Of a stretch of 64,000 nucleotides of DNA, positions 55,250 to 64,000 are shown piece by piece. Numbering within the stretch: the stretch's first letter is position 1; each line of letters opens with the position of its first letter. The position numbers and the translations under genes were made by a program. The notes under the pieces are model-generated. The model searched no databases, was not told the origin of the DNA, and saw only the letters and a program-made list of their open reading frames with translations. The stretch is from a virus (lineage: Duplodnaviria > Caudoviricetes): IMG/VR virus record IMGVR_UViG_2588253764_000003; one strand, 5' to 3'.

Positions 55250-58200
55250 ATGGGACATGAGAAGAGAGAACAAAGAACAACTTTATTAAGCGTTTTAGTT
55301 TCTAGTACGATGCTCAAGAAGGTTTTATTGGGGGGGCTTGGTTTTTCTTGTTTGTTAGTCCCTTCAGCGTTACAGGCACAAATTGCCGTTGATGCGAGCG
55401 CAGGTGCAGGCTATCGTCCAGATATTGTGGCAGCGCCCAATGGGGTTCCTTCCATTGATATTGTTACCCCAAACAGCAGCGGTTTATCGCACAATAAATA
55501 TAATGATTTTAATATTGGCAATGGAGGTGTGATTTGGAACAATCATGCGCAAGAAGTAGGGCAATCGCAATTGGGGGGTATTATGCCGGGCAATCCGCAT
55601 TTGCGTGTTACCGGTTCAGCGAAGGTTATTTTAAATGAAGTGACCAGCAGTAAGCGCAGTGCCTTGAATGGTCCAGGAGAGGTTTTTGGGCGTCCAGCCG
55701 ATGTGATTATAGCCAATCCCAATGGGATCAGTTGTGATGGTTGTGGGTTTATCAATACGCCCCATGCGACCTTAACCACTGGTGTTCCTGAAATTGATGC
55801 TTCTGGTTTTCTGAAAGGTTTTGTGGTACGAGGTGGGGATATCACTTTTGGGACAAAGGGCGCGAATTTTTTCTCAGGCAAGGGAGCGGTTGATATCGTT
55901 GATATTGTTTCTCGCACAGTGCATTTTGAAGGTCCTGTTGCGGGGAAGGATATTGGGGTTGTTGCTGGAACGGGTCGTTATGATTATGCTTCGCGTGAAA
56001 TGAAAGAGCTCACCGATATCACTGGTAAACCAGAATATGCGATAGATGGTTCTGCTTTGGGGGCTCTTCAAGCGGATCAGATTAAACTTGTGGCAACCGA
56101 AAAAGGTGTTGGGGTTCGCATGCGCCATGATATGGCAGCCAATGCAGGGCAGTTACACCTTTCTGCGGATGGAAAAATTTCCCTACAGAGTGCTTTTGGT
56201 CATGGGGGTGTTGTTCTCAAGTCGAAAAGCCAGAGCATCTTGGCAAAACGCATCACTTCCAAAAGGCATGTTGATATTGCTGCAAAAAAAGATGTGACGT
56301 TAGAAACCGTTGGGGCGGATGGCCATTTTACAGCAGAGGCACAAGAAGGGCTTTTAACCATTGCAGGGCAAGCGACCTCTGGGGGCAATATGAAACTGTC
56401 TTCACGCGAAGCCATCAAAGTCTCAGGGCTAGGGTCTGGGGCTGATATGGCATTTGAAACGGGCGGTGATCTGACCCTTGCTGGCACTGTTTTGTCTGGG
56501 GGCAATTTAAAAGCCCATGCCGGTGGTGATATCAGGGCGGATCTTTTAGCTGGTGGGGTTGATATGGCAGCAACGGGGGCAGCAGGCAGTTTGATTTTGG
56601 GCAACCAAGGGGGCGTTGATCTCCAGAGTCGTCAAGGTGCGATAGCCGCGGAAAGCATTTATGGAGCGGGAGATATCACATTGGTTTCTCATAACGGGAT
56701 TTCGGTTTCTCAAACAATCCTCTCTCATGATCATGTTGTCATTCATACCCAACCTGATGCTAGAGTTCATTTTGGACAACTGATTGCTTATGGAAAGGTA
56801 GATATTGATGGTGGAGCGATTGATTTTTCTTCGTTGATGGCGGGTGGAGATGCTGTTTTAAAGGGTGGCAGCCTTAATGCTGGCACCCTGATGACAGGGT
56901 TAGATTTTGTTCGCTCTCAGGTGAGCCCTTGGAATCCTACAGGTGCTCTTGTTTTTTATGATAAAGGTTCCCTTTCTATCACAGTACAAAGGGGGATAAA
57001 GGTTGGACATATTATCAGTGGTGAAAATATTGACCTTTTTGCTGGCAACGACATTTATTATGATCAGATCATAGGGTACGGCAGTGCAACATTAACATCG
57101 GTATCAGGAGGGATCAGTGTGGAGAATGTGCTGTCTGTTATGGGGGATGTGAGGTTGACAGCAAAGACACTGGATTTAAGCAATAATCGTTCTCATATTT
57201 ACACGCCGCAAACGCTGTATTTAAAGGGGGATCATATTGATGTTTCGGGGAGTGAATTGACTTATGGTGGTTTGGACTTTCAAAGCACCAATGTCCTTGA
57301 TATTCACCATGCACGGTTGCAAGCTGTGATAGATCAGGGGGGGACGGGAGATATTCTTTTTGTTGCACCAGGTGTTATGATTGATGAGACAACGTCGGTT
57401 TTAGCGGCACGAGATTTTGTCATCAAAACAGGAGAGTTGCACAATAGTGGTCAATTGGCAGCAGGTCAGAATTTAGCATTCAGCGTGACAGGGAATGCGA
57501 CCAACAGCAAAACAGGTTTAATCTACGTGAAGGGCAATGGTGCTCTCAAAGTTGATGGGGCTTTGTTGAATGATGCTGGTGTCGTTATGGCAGAGGGTGA
57601 TTTATCTTTCACCAATGCGGTGGGTACTGGAAAGAGCCTTTCCCTTGTCAATAAAGCGGGTTTAATTCAGGTAGGGGGAAACTTAAATATCCAAACCAAA
57701 ACCTTGCAAAATGAAACCGATAGTACGCCTAAAATAGAGGAAAAAACTGAAGAAATTACCATCGCATTCGAAAAACCAGATAAATATAATTTTCTCGATG
57801 GTAGGCCATTATACCATGATACAAACTGGGATCGTTGGGGCAAAGGAAAGCTTTCTAAGAGAAAGCATGGGAAAGTAGGACCAAAACACTTTATATTTGA
57901 GCAACAACTTTGGAATAACAAAGAAGGAACCTATGGTACGGCAACTTTAAAAGATGGGACAGTCTATAAGGCATTTACTTGGGAACGTAATGCTCTAAAA
58001 GGAGACATAGAAGAATTTGTATGGAATGGTTCTCGGCGAAGAGGAGGATGGTTCGGGTCAAACAATAATAACTGGTCTCATATGACGGAGGAGACTGTCA
58101 CGCAGACGTTTTCGCATAAACCGGCGGCTCAGGGGATGATACAATCTCACGGCAATCTGATCATTAACGCTGATAATATTGAGAATAACTATAGCATCAT

Positions 58201-61200
58201 GAGAGCTGGGGGCAATGCGGATATCCATGCCGAGACGCTGACCAATGTAGGAGCAACAGCCTATAAAAATACCTTTATGCATTGTCATGCTAATACAGAT
58301 GCTTATTGTTATGCCTATAACGCCGATGGCAGCCGCAATGGTAGCCTCGATATAGCCAATGGCAAGGATCGCCAGACTGGCTCGGAAGTTCTCGATACTG
58401 TTCCTGGTCTTGTTCAAGCGGGTGGCACGTTGAATTTGGTGGTCGATCAACTCAACAACAAGGCAGCGGAAGGGTCCATTACAGGGGATGCGCATTTTGA
58501 AGCAAAAGCAGCTGGAGGTAATCCACTGGAGGCGCTGAGTGGTTTGACTGGGGCTGGTGCTTTGTTTACACCAAAAGTGGATCTCAATGGTACAGAAGAA
58601 CTAGCTGAGGGCAGTACTTTGCCTTTGCCAAAGCCCCAATCGGGCGGTGTTGGGGGCACGCTGCCCAACCAGAATTTCATTTATGAAACGCGGGCAGATT
58701 TCCTTGATGTCGGTAAGTTTTATGGTTCAGCCTATTTTTTGAACAGAATTGGTTATAAGCCAGATCGGGAGATTTTCTTCTTAGGGGATGCTTATTTTGA
58801 AAAGCAACTGATTGAAAAACAAATGCGTGATCTTGTGGGGCAAGGTTTGGGTAAAGGCTCCTTTATTCCAGGAAGTGATGCCATTGAACAAGTCAAAAGT
58901 TTGCTGGATGTCGGGGCAGACTATGCCAAAGCACACAATCTTGTTTTTGGTGAGCCTTTAAGTGAAGAACAATTGGCAAGTTTAGAAGCACCGATGGTGA
59001 TTTATGTTCGTCAACAGGTCAAGGGCATGGATGTTTATGCACCGGTGCTTTATATCCCTGAAAAAGACAGAGCCTCCTTTGTTTCTGCTGGGGCTTTGAT
59101 CATGGGCGATGATGTCAATATCACCAGCCCAAATACAAGCACTTCAACGATTATCAATTCAGGTCGTATTGCGGCAAATCACCAATTGAATGTGCATGGC
59201 GGGGATATTCTCAGTCAAGGGGGGCATTTTGCAGCTGGTGGTGATGCTGTTTTGCTTGCGGAGAAGAATATTCGTTTAGATGCAGGGCGCACAACGGTTG
59301 ACGGTGTGGAGACTATTTTAAACACCAATGCCTTGTCTTCTGGGGGCAATGCGACAGTTCTTGCTAAAAAAGATATGACAGCCTCAGGGGTAAAGATCAC
59401 CACGAAGGGTGATCTTGCCATGGTTACAGAAGAAGGTAACTTAACGATAGGCGCAACAGAAACCCATCACTACAGCCAGCATAGTGATGCCACCATGCAC
59501 CAACAATCAGAAGTTAATTCTGGGGGCTCAACAACGTTTCTTTCTGGAAAAGATCTGAATATTTTAGGCTCTGAGGTTCAAACAAAGGATAATCTTTTCT
59601 TACAAGCAAAAGAAAATGTTTCGATTGATGCCACACGCAACAGTGCCAATAGCCATCGGGGGGATCAAACATCTCATGTTGCTGTGCACAATGGCTCTCA
59701 TTTAAGTTCTGGAAAAGAGACCACTGTTCTCTCTGGAAAAGATATCCATGTTTCTGCGTCCGATATCGATGCGAAGGGCAATGTTGCTCTTGGTGCTCAA
59801 GGGGATATCACAATAGATACCAAATCCGATGAGATGGCGTATCATCTTCAGAATAAAAACCTAAAAGTGGATATGCAAGGCTCGCGAGCCGTTGGCTCTT
59901 CGATCAATGCTGGGGGTGATTTTACCGCTATTGCAGGGCAAGATGGCAAACCACATGATCTCACCATCACGGGCAGTTCCATTGCGGCTGATGGCAAGGT
60001 AGGGCTGAAATCCAGCAACGATATTCTCATCAACAATGCAGAAAATAGTTTACATTATGAGATGTCGTATCATAAAGAGGGGGGAGCATTTAGTAGCAGT
60101 AAATCTCAGCATAACAAGACTGATGCGTCCCAAGTTGTGGGTTCACTCATATCGGGGGGCAAAGGCGTTGCTCTTGAAGCAGCAAACAACACGGAAGTTG
60201 TTGCCTCGATGCTCACAGCCGGAAAAACAGGAGAAACGCCAGAAGACCAAACAAAAGCGGATATTAAAATTTACTCTGGTGGCAATATTCTCATCAAAGG
60301 GGCGCAAGAAAAGTATGATCAGCAAGCACAATCCTCAAAAAGTGGATTTTTGAGTAGCAAATCTTCCGATACATCTCAATCCCATACAACAACGGTTTCC
60401 TCTATTCTGGGGGCGACGGGCAATATTGTGTTAGACGCACAAGGGGATGCCACAATCACGGCTTCTCATATGATTGCCAATGGAGATATCAATGTGGCAG
60501 GACAAAGCGTGACGATTGATGGCATGACAGATCACCATGAGAGCCATTCAGAAACCCATAAAACAGGTTTTGGTGTGGGATCAGGCAAGGGCTTTGCTTC
60601 GATCTTTGGGAGTAAATCAAAGACAGAGAATGAAGAAAGTTTTGAACATCAAGGTTCTTCGCTCAATGGAAAAAATATCACCATCACCGCCAAAAAAGAA
60701 GATGTGAATGTGGTGGGCTCTGACTTTATTGCAGAGGAAAATATTAATGTTTCGGCAGTCCATAATGTGAATGTTTTGCCTGGTCACAATAGTCATAGCA
60801 CCAACTCAAAGGAAGAACGTACAGGCTTTGGGATTCAGTTTGAAAAGAACAAAAGTGGTGTTTCTGTAGGGATTGGGGTTGCAGGCGCCAAGGATAAAGG
60901 CGATCAATGGGAAAAGTTCAATACAGCGTCCAATTTCAAAGCAGGTAATGATGCACAGTTTAATGCTGGCAATGATGTAAATTTACAAGCGACAAATGTT
61001 TTAGCAAATCGTGATGTCAACATTAATGCTGGAAATAATATCACACTATCGGAAAGCTATGATACCTCTCATGCACAAGAAAAGCATGAAAAGTTCTTTG
61101 CTGGTGTGACAGGTTCTGTCAATGTTGGCATTCTTGGTAGTGTACAAGATATAAGGGATGCCGGAAAACGTTTTGGTCATGGGGATACAAAACACAAAAT

Positions 61201-63295
61201 CGGCAATGGTTTGCTTGGTGGTTTAAAAGGTTATGATCTCTATAACAAAGGCAAAGGCCTTTACAATGGGATAAAGGGTGGAGCAAGCAAAAGTGACCTT
61301 CGTAATATGGCGGATGTTTCAGCCAGCATTACGGCAGGCTTTAAGGCTGAAAAGGCAGAGGCCTCTTCTCAAGTTTCCACCGCGGTGACCACAACAATAG
61401 AAGGTGGGCGTTCTATCAACATGCATGCCAACAATGGGAGTATCCATGGTGTTGGCGCTGATCTTATCGCTGGCACAAACCCTCTGAGCAATGATGAACA
61501 GAGCGGGAATATCACCTTGGATGCAAAAGAACATATCCTCTTTGAAAGTGCGCAAAACACGCAAAGCACGAAAAACCATTCGCAAAATATTTCTGCAAAT
61601 GTTGGTTACAGCTACGGGAGTGGCGGTTCTGGGTGGATGGGCAATGCTTCTTTTGGAAAAGGAAAGGGCTCCAGTGAACAGGTTCAACACAAGAATAGCC
61701 ATATTATAGGCACCAGCACTGTTCATACCAACAGTGGGGGAAATACTACATTTGCAGGCGCCGTGGTTTCTGCAAACCGTGTAGAGATGAATGTTGGTGG
61801 TGATTTCACCATTACCAGCCTCAGTGATACGGGACAAAGTTCCAGCAAGCAAAACTCTGTTTCTGTTGGCTTTAATGGTGGAAAAAAGGATGATGTGGCG
61901 ACAACCAATATTGCCTTTAACAAGGATAAAACCTCTAGTGATTATCACAGCGTTGTGGAACAATCCGGCATTAAAACCGGTGATGGCGGCTTTGATATTA
62001 CAGTGGCGGGTGCAACAACCATGACCGGAGGTATTATCGGCAGCACCGCACCGGCGAACAAAAATAAACTGACTACAGGAACCATTAAAACGAGTGATAT
62101 CACCAACAGTGCTGATGCTCAAGCTAACAGCGATGGGATTAGCATTTCTGCGGGTGGCCCCATGTATCAAGGCAAATACGGCGTTGGGAAAAACATTGTT
62201 AAAAATATCTTAGATCATGCAAAAGCCAAAGATTCAGAGGAAGGTTATACCAAATCGGCCATTAGTGATAGCACCATTGTGCTGACAAATGAAGCAGGGC
62301 AAAAGGCGTTGACGGGGCAAGATGTGGAACAAGCCATCGCCTCCCTTAACCGTGATACTGCCAACGCCCATAAGGGTGTACAACAGCTTGATGTTGCCAA
62401 GCTGGAACAAATCGTCCATGAAAACCGTGAAATGGCAATACAATTGCTGGAAGAAGGGTTTAAATACAGCGATGACTCCTATAGAACCATGTTTATCAAA
62501 GAACACCCCATCGCTGTGGTCGACCGTGATGAACAGGGCAATACAATCTATAAAACAGATGAAAATGGTGTACCTATAAGAGACGCTCGAGGACAAAAAA
62601 TCCCTAAGTTTCATTATTTAACCGATGAAGAAAAGCAGCATTTGCAAGCCGGCTCTGATGGCAAGGTGCATGTGTCCTTTAATGGCATTTTTACTCCACC
62701 CTATGAGGCCGCTGTTTATGCAGAGCAACATGCAGAGAATAAAAATGAACCACTTTATTTTGTTGTGTTTCCAGAAGCCGATTCTGCTATTTCAGAGCTT
62801 CTGGTCGCGGGATACCAGAAGTTTCTGGAAAATAACTTTTGGGGTTTGACTAATTCAACACAAGAAGCAAAAGGTTTGATGTATAGCTATGGTCTTACAG
62901 GGTTAGAACTTTACGGCCATAGCCGTGGGACGATGACATTGGGGAATATGCTGAATTCTTTCAAACAAGAAGGTGTGCACGGGATAGCCAACGAAAATAC
63001 GAATATCAATCTTTATGGACCAGCCTTTAATGTTTTAGTTGCATCCGGTCTGTTAGGGTATGTGAGTGATGGCAAACAAACCACGATTGGCTTTGATGGT
63101 CATAGATACGATTTTGTCAGCAGAATTATTGGAGGCAATGGCTATACCTACGAGACAATACCTGCTGGTAGTAACATGTTGAAAGAATGGTGGAGAGTGA
63201 TCACAAATCCCGTAAGTCCCCATACTTGCCTTGGAGATGTGAGTGATAAGTGTAAAGTGCGCTATGGCTCATCTCATCGTGAACAAAAACCTTGA
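55250..63295 (+). CDS. fhaB: Filamentous hemagglutinin / CdiA-like TpsA exoprotein with C-terminal alpha/beta-hydrolase-like motif
   Basis: TPS domain (GLSHNKY, ILNEV, NPNGISCDGCGFIN), hemagglutinin repeats, C-terminal LYGHSRG. Confidence 0.9.
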   Translation: MGHEKREQRTTLLSVLVSSTMLKKVLLGGLGFSCLLVPSALQAQIAVDASAGAGYRPDIVAAPNGVPSIDIVTPNSSGLSHNKYNDFNIGNGGVIWNNHAQEVGQSQLGGIMPGNPHLRVTGSAKVILNEVTSSKRSALNGPGEVFGRPADVIIANPNGISCDGCGFINTPHATLTTGVPEIDASGFLKGFVVRGGDITFGTKGANFFSGKGAVDIVDIVSRTVHFEGPVAGKDIGVVAGTGRYDYASREMKELTDITGKPEYAIDGSALGALQADQIKLVATEKGVGVRMRHDMAANAGQLHLSADGKISLQSAFGHGGVVLKSKSQSILAKRITSKRHVDIAAKKDVTLETVGADGHFTAEAQEGLLTIAGQATSGGNMKLSSREAIKVSGLGSGADMAFETGGDLTLAGTVLSGGNLKAHAGGDIRADLLAGGVDMAATGAAGSLILGNQGGVDLQSRQGAIAAESIYGAGDITLVSHNGISVSQTILSHDHVVIHTQPDARVHFGQLIAYGKVDIDGGAIDFSSLMAGGDAVLKGGSLNAGTLMTGLDFVRSQVSPWNPTGALVFYDKGSLSITVQRGIKVGHIISGENIDLFAGNDIYYDQIIGYGSATLTSVSGGISVENVLSVMGDVRLTAKTLDLSNNRSHIYTPQTLYLKGDHIDVSGSELTYGGLDFQSTNVLDIHHARLQAVIDQGGTGDILFVAPGVMIDETTSVLAARDFVIKTGELHNSGQLAAGQNLAFSVTGNATNSKTGLIYVKGNGALKVDGALLNDAGVVMAEGDLSFTNAVGTGKSLSLVNKAGLIQVGGNLNIQTKTLQNETDSTPKIEEKTEEITIAFEKPDKYNFLDGRPLYHDTNWDRWGKGKLSKRKHGKVGPKHFIFEQQLWNNKEGTYGTATLKDGTVYKAFTWERNALKGDIEEFVWNGSRRRGGWFGSNNNNWSHMTEETVTQTFSHKPAAQGMIQSHGNLIINADNIENNYSIMRAGGNADIHAETLTNVGATAYKNTFMHCHANTDAYCYAYNADGSRNGSLDIANGKDRQTGSEVLDTVPGLVQAGGTLNLVVDQLNNKAAEGSITGDAHFEAKAAGGNPLEALSGLTGAGALFTPKVDLNGTEELAEGSTLPLPKPQSGGVGGTLPNQNFIYETRADFLDVGKFYGSAYFLNRIGYKPDREIFFLGDAYFEKQLIEKQMRDLVGQGLGKGSFIPGSDAIEQVKSLLDVGADYAKAHNLVFGEPLSEEQLASLEAPMVIYVRQQVKGMDVYAPVLYIPEKDRASFVSAGALIMGDDVNITSPNTSTSTIINSGRIAANHQLNVHGGDILSQGGHFAAGGDAVLLAEKNIRLDAGRTTVDGVETILNTNALSSGGNATVLAKKDMTASGVKITTKGDLAMVTEEGNLTIGATETHHYSQHSDATMHQQSEVNSGGSTTFLSGKDLNILGSEVQTKDNLFLQAKENVSIDATRNSANSHRGDQTSHVAVHNGSHLSSGKETTVLSGKDIHVSASDIDAKGNVALGAQGDITIDTKSDEMAYHLQNKNLKVDMQGSRAVGSSINAGGDFTAIAGQDGKPHDLTITGSSIAADGKVGLKSSNDILINNAENSLHYEMSYHKEGGAFSSSKSQHNKTDASQVVGSLISGGKGVALEAANNTEVVASMLTAGKTGETPEDQTKADIKIYSGGNILIKGAQEKYDQQAQSSKSGFLSSKSSDTSQSHTTTVSSILGATGNIVLDAQGDATITASHMIANGDINVAGQSVTIDGMTDHHESHSETHKTGFGVGSGKGFASIFGSKSKTENEESFEHQGSSLNGKNITITAKKEDVNVVGSDFIAEENINVSAVHNVNVLPGHNSHSTNSKEERTGFGIQFEKNKSGVSVGIGVAGAKDKGDQWEKFNTASNFKAGNDAQFNAGNDVNLQATNVLANRDVNINAGNNITLSESYDTSHAQEKHEKFFAGVTGSVNVGILGSVQDIRDAGKRFGHGDTKHKIGNGLLGGLKGYDLYNKGKGLYNGIKGGASKSDLRNMADVSASITAGFKAEKAEASSQVSTAVTTTIEGGRSINMHANNGSIHGVGADLIAGTNPLSNDEQSGNITLDAKEHILFESAQNTQSTKNHSQNISANVGYSYGSGGSGWMGNASFGKGKGSSEQVQHKNSHIIGTSTVHTNSGGNTTFAGAVVSANRVEMNVGGDFTITSLSDTGQSSSKQNSVSVGFNGGKKDDVATTNIAFNKDKTSSDYHSVVEQSGIKTGDGGFDITVAGATTMTGGIIGSTAPANKNKLTTGTIKTSDITNSADAQANSDGISISAGGPMYQGKYGVGKNIVKNILDHAKAKDSEEGYTKSAISDSTIVLTNEAGQKALTGQDVEQAIASLNRDTANAHKGVQQLDVAKLEQIVHENREMAIQLLEEGFKYSDDSYRTMFIKEHPIAVVDRDEQGNTIYKTDENGVPIRDARGQKIPKFHYLTDEEKQHLQAGSDGKVHVSFNGIFTPPYEAAVYAEQHAENKNEPLYFVVFPEADSAISELLVAGYQKFLENNFWGLTNSTQEAKGLMYSYGLTGLELYGHSRGTMTLGNMLNSFKQEGVHGIANENTNINLYGPAFNVLVASGLLGYVSDGKQTTIGFDGHRYDFVSRIIGGNGYTYETIPAGSNMLKEWWRVITNPVSPHTCLGDVSDKCKVRYGSSHREQKP

Positions 63296-63315
63296 ATTAG
63301 ATCGTGGAGTAAAAA

Positions 63316-63732
63316 ATGAAACAAACTATAAAACTATTAGGTGCTGTAACTTTGTTAGGTATTGCAGGATGTCAGTTTAATAAAACTCCTGGAGGGTATT
63401 TGAGCGCGTGGGAGAAAAATGGTGTTACTGATTTTACGGAGGTAGGAAAAGCCTTATTAGAATGTGGCATGCCAACCCCTTATGATGTCGATCCAGAAAA
63501 CAGAAAGCAGAGCATCAATGCAAAAGCAACCATTTATGCTTGCATGCTTCAATCAGGTTTCCGTTATAAAGATGAAGAGGTAGCAAGAGCGGGTGGGTGG
63601 TGTTACACTTTTAGAGCCGAAAACTTGCCCATTTGTCGTCCAGGCGCTGTTGTTCCAAGGCCTAGTGTCAAAAAGCGCTTAAACAGCCCTTTTTGTAAAA
63701 AATATAAAAAAGCACCGGAATGCCAACCTTAA
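63316..63732 (+). CDS. Cys-rich lipoprotein, putative immunity protein
   Basis: Lipobox IAGC; directly after the TpsA gene. Confidence 0.75.
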   Translation: MKQTIKLLGAVTLLGIAGCQFNKTPGGYLSAWEKNGVTDFTEVGKALLECGMPTPYDVDPENRKQSINAKATIYACMLQSGFRYKDEEVARAGGWCYTFRAENLPICRPGAVVPRPSVKKRLNSPFCKKYKKAPECQP

Positions 63733-63823
63733 GCTATTTGTGGAAATCACAATCCCCACATTCATGTGTTCCCATGCTTGTACGGGATTGTTCCTTCAAT
63801 TAATCCATTCAAAGAGGGGAAAA

Positions 63824-64000
63824 ATGAAAAAAATCTTGAAATTATTGAGCAGCATGGCTTTTCTTATTATGGCTGGATGTATTAACCAACCTCCTCCATC
63901 AACTTTAGCATTATGGGAAAAACCAGGTGCCGATAAAGCGATGCTCCAACAAGCCTTGTCAAAATGTGGTTGGAAACCAGTCTATGCTTCTTCTGACAAT
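63824..64000 (+). CDS. Second paralogous lipoprotein (partial, runs off the window)
   Basis: MKKILKLLSSMAFLIMAGC..LWEKPG..ALSKCG resembles AWEKNG..ALLECG; GAGGGG RBS. Confidence 0.7.
   Translation, partial: MKKILKLLSSMAFLIMAGCINQPPPSTLALWEKPGADKAMLQQALSKCGWKPVYASSDN

Noticed and set aside
53254-62849. Short alternative-frame ORFs within fhaC/fhaB, and similar ones inside the ISP, terminase and portal genes
   Set aside because: Fully overlap long, well-supported genes and have no recognisable motifs

Overview
AT-rich alphaproteobacterial DNA, most consistent with a Bartonella genome (inferred from gene content). The backbone is a P22-like prophage on the + strand: RuvC-like resolvase, two DUF1376-type replication genes, a C4-like RNA/Rha/beta-helix operon, ssb, a putative late regulator, terS, terL and portal. 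Three related integrative elements interrupt it, each inside a lytic gene. Element 1 (5526-21413) splits ssb with an 8-bp direct repeat AAAGGCAG. Element 2 (23224-38556) splits the putative terS with a 13-bp direct repeat AATAAGAATACAC. Element 3 (from about 42006, right end not in the window) truncates the portal gene. Joining the flanks of elements 1 and 2 restores in-frame genes. Each element has a conserved ORF-free left arm with palindromes, an array of 3-4 hexapeptide-repeat (left-handed beta-helix, LbH) genes, iteron/IHF modules and a Type ISP restriction-modification gene. Elements 1 and 2 also carry DUF3987, AlpA and a P4-like integrase. The prophage operon and each LbH array sit behind a C4/CI-like antisense RNA cassette, and its 7-nt specificity word differs in all four copies while co-varying with two cognate targets. 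The window ends with a two-partner secretion locus (FhaC, 2681-aa FhaB/CdiA-like protein with a C-terminal GHSRG motif, lipoprotein genes), possibly cargo of element 3.
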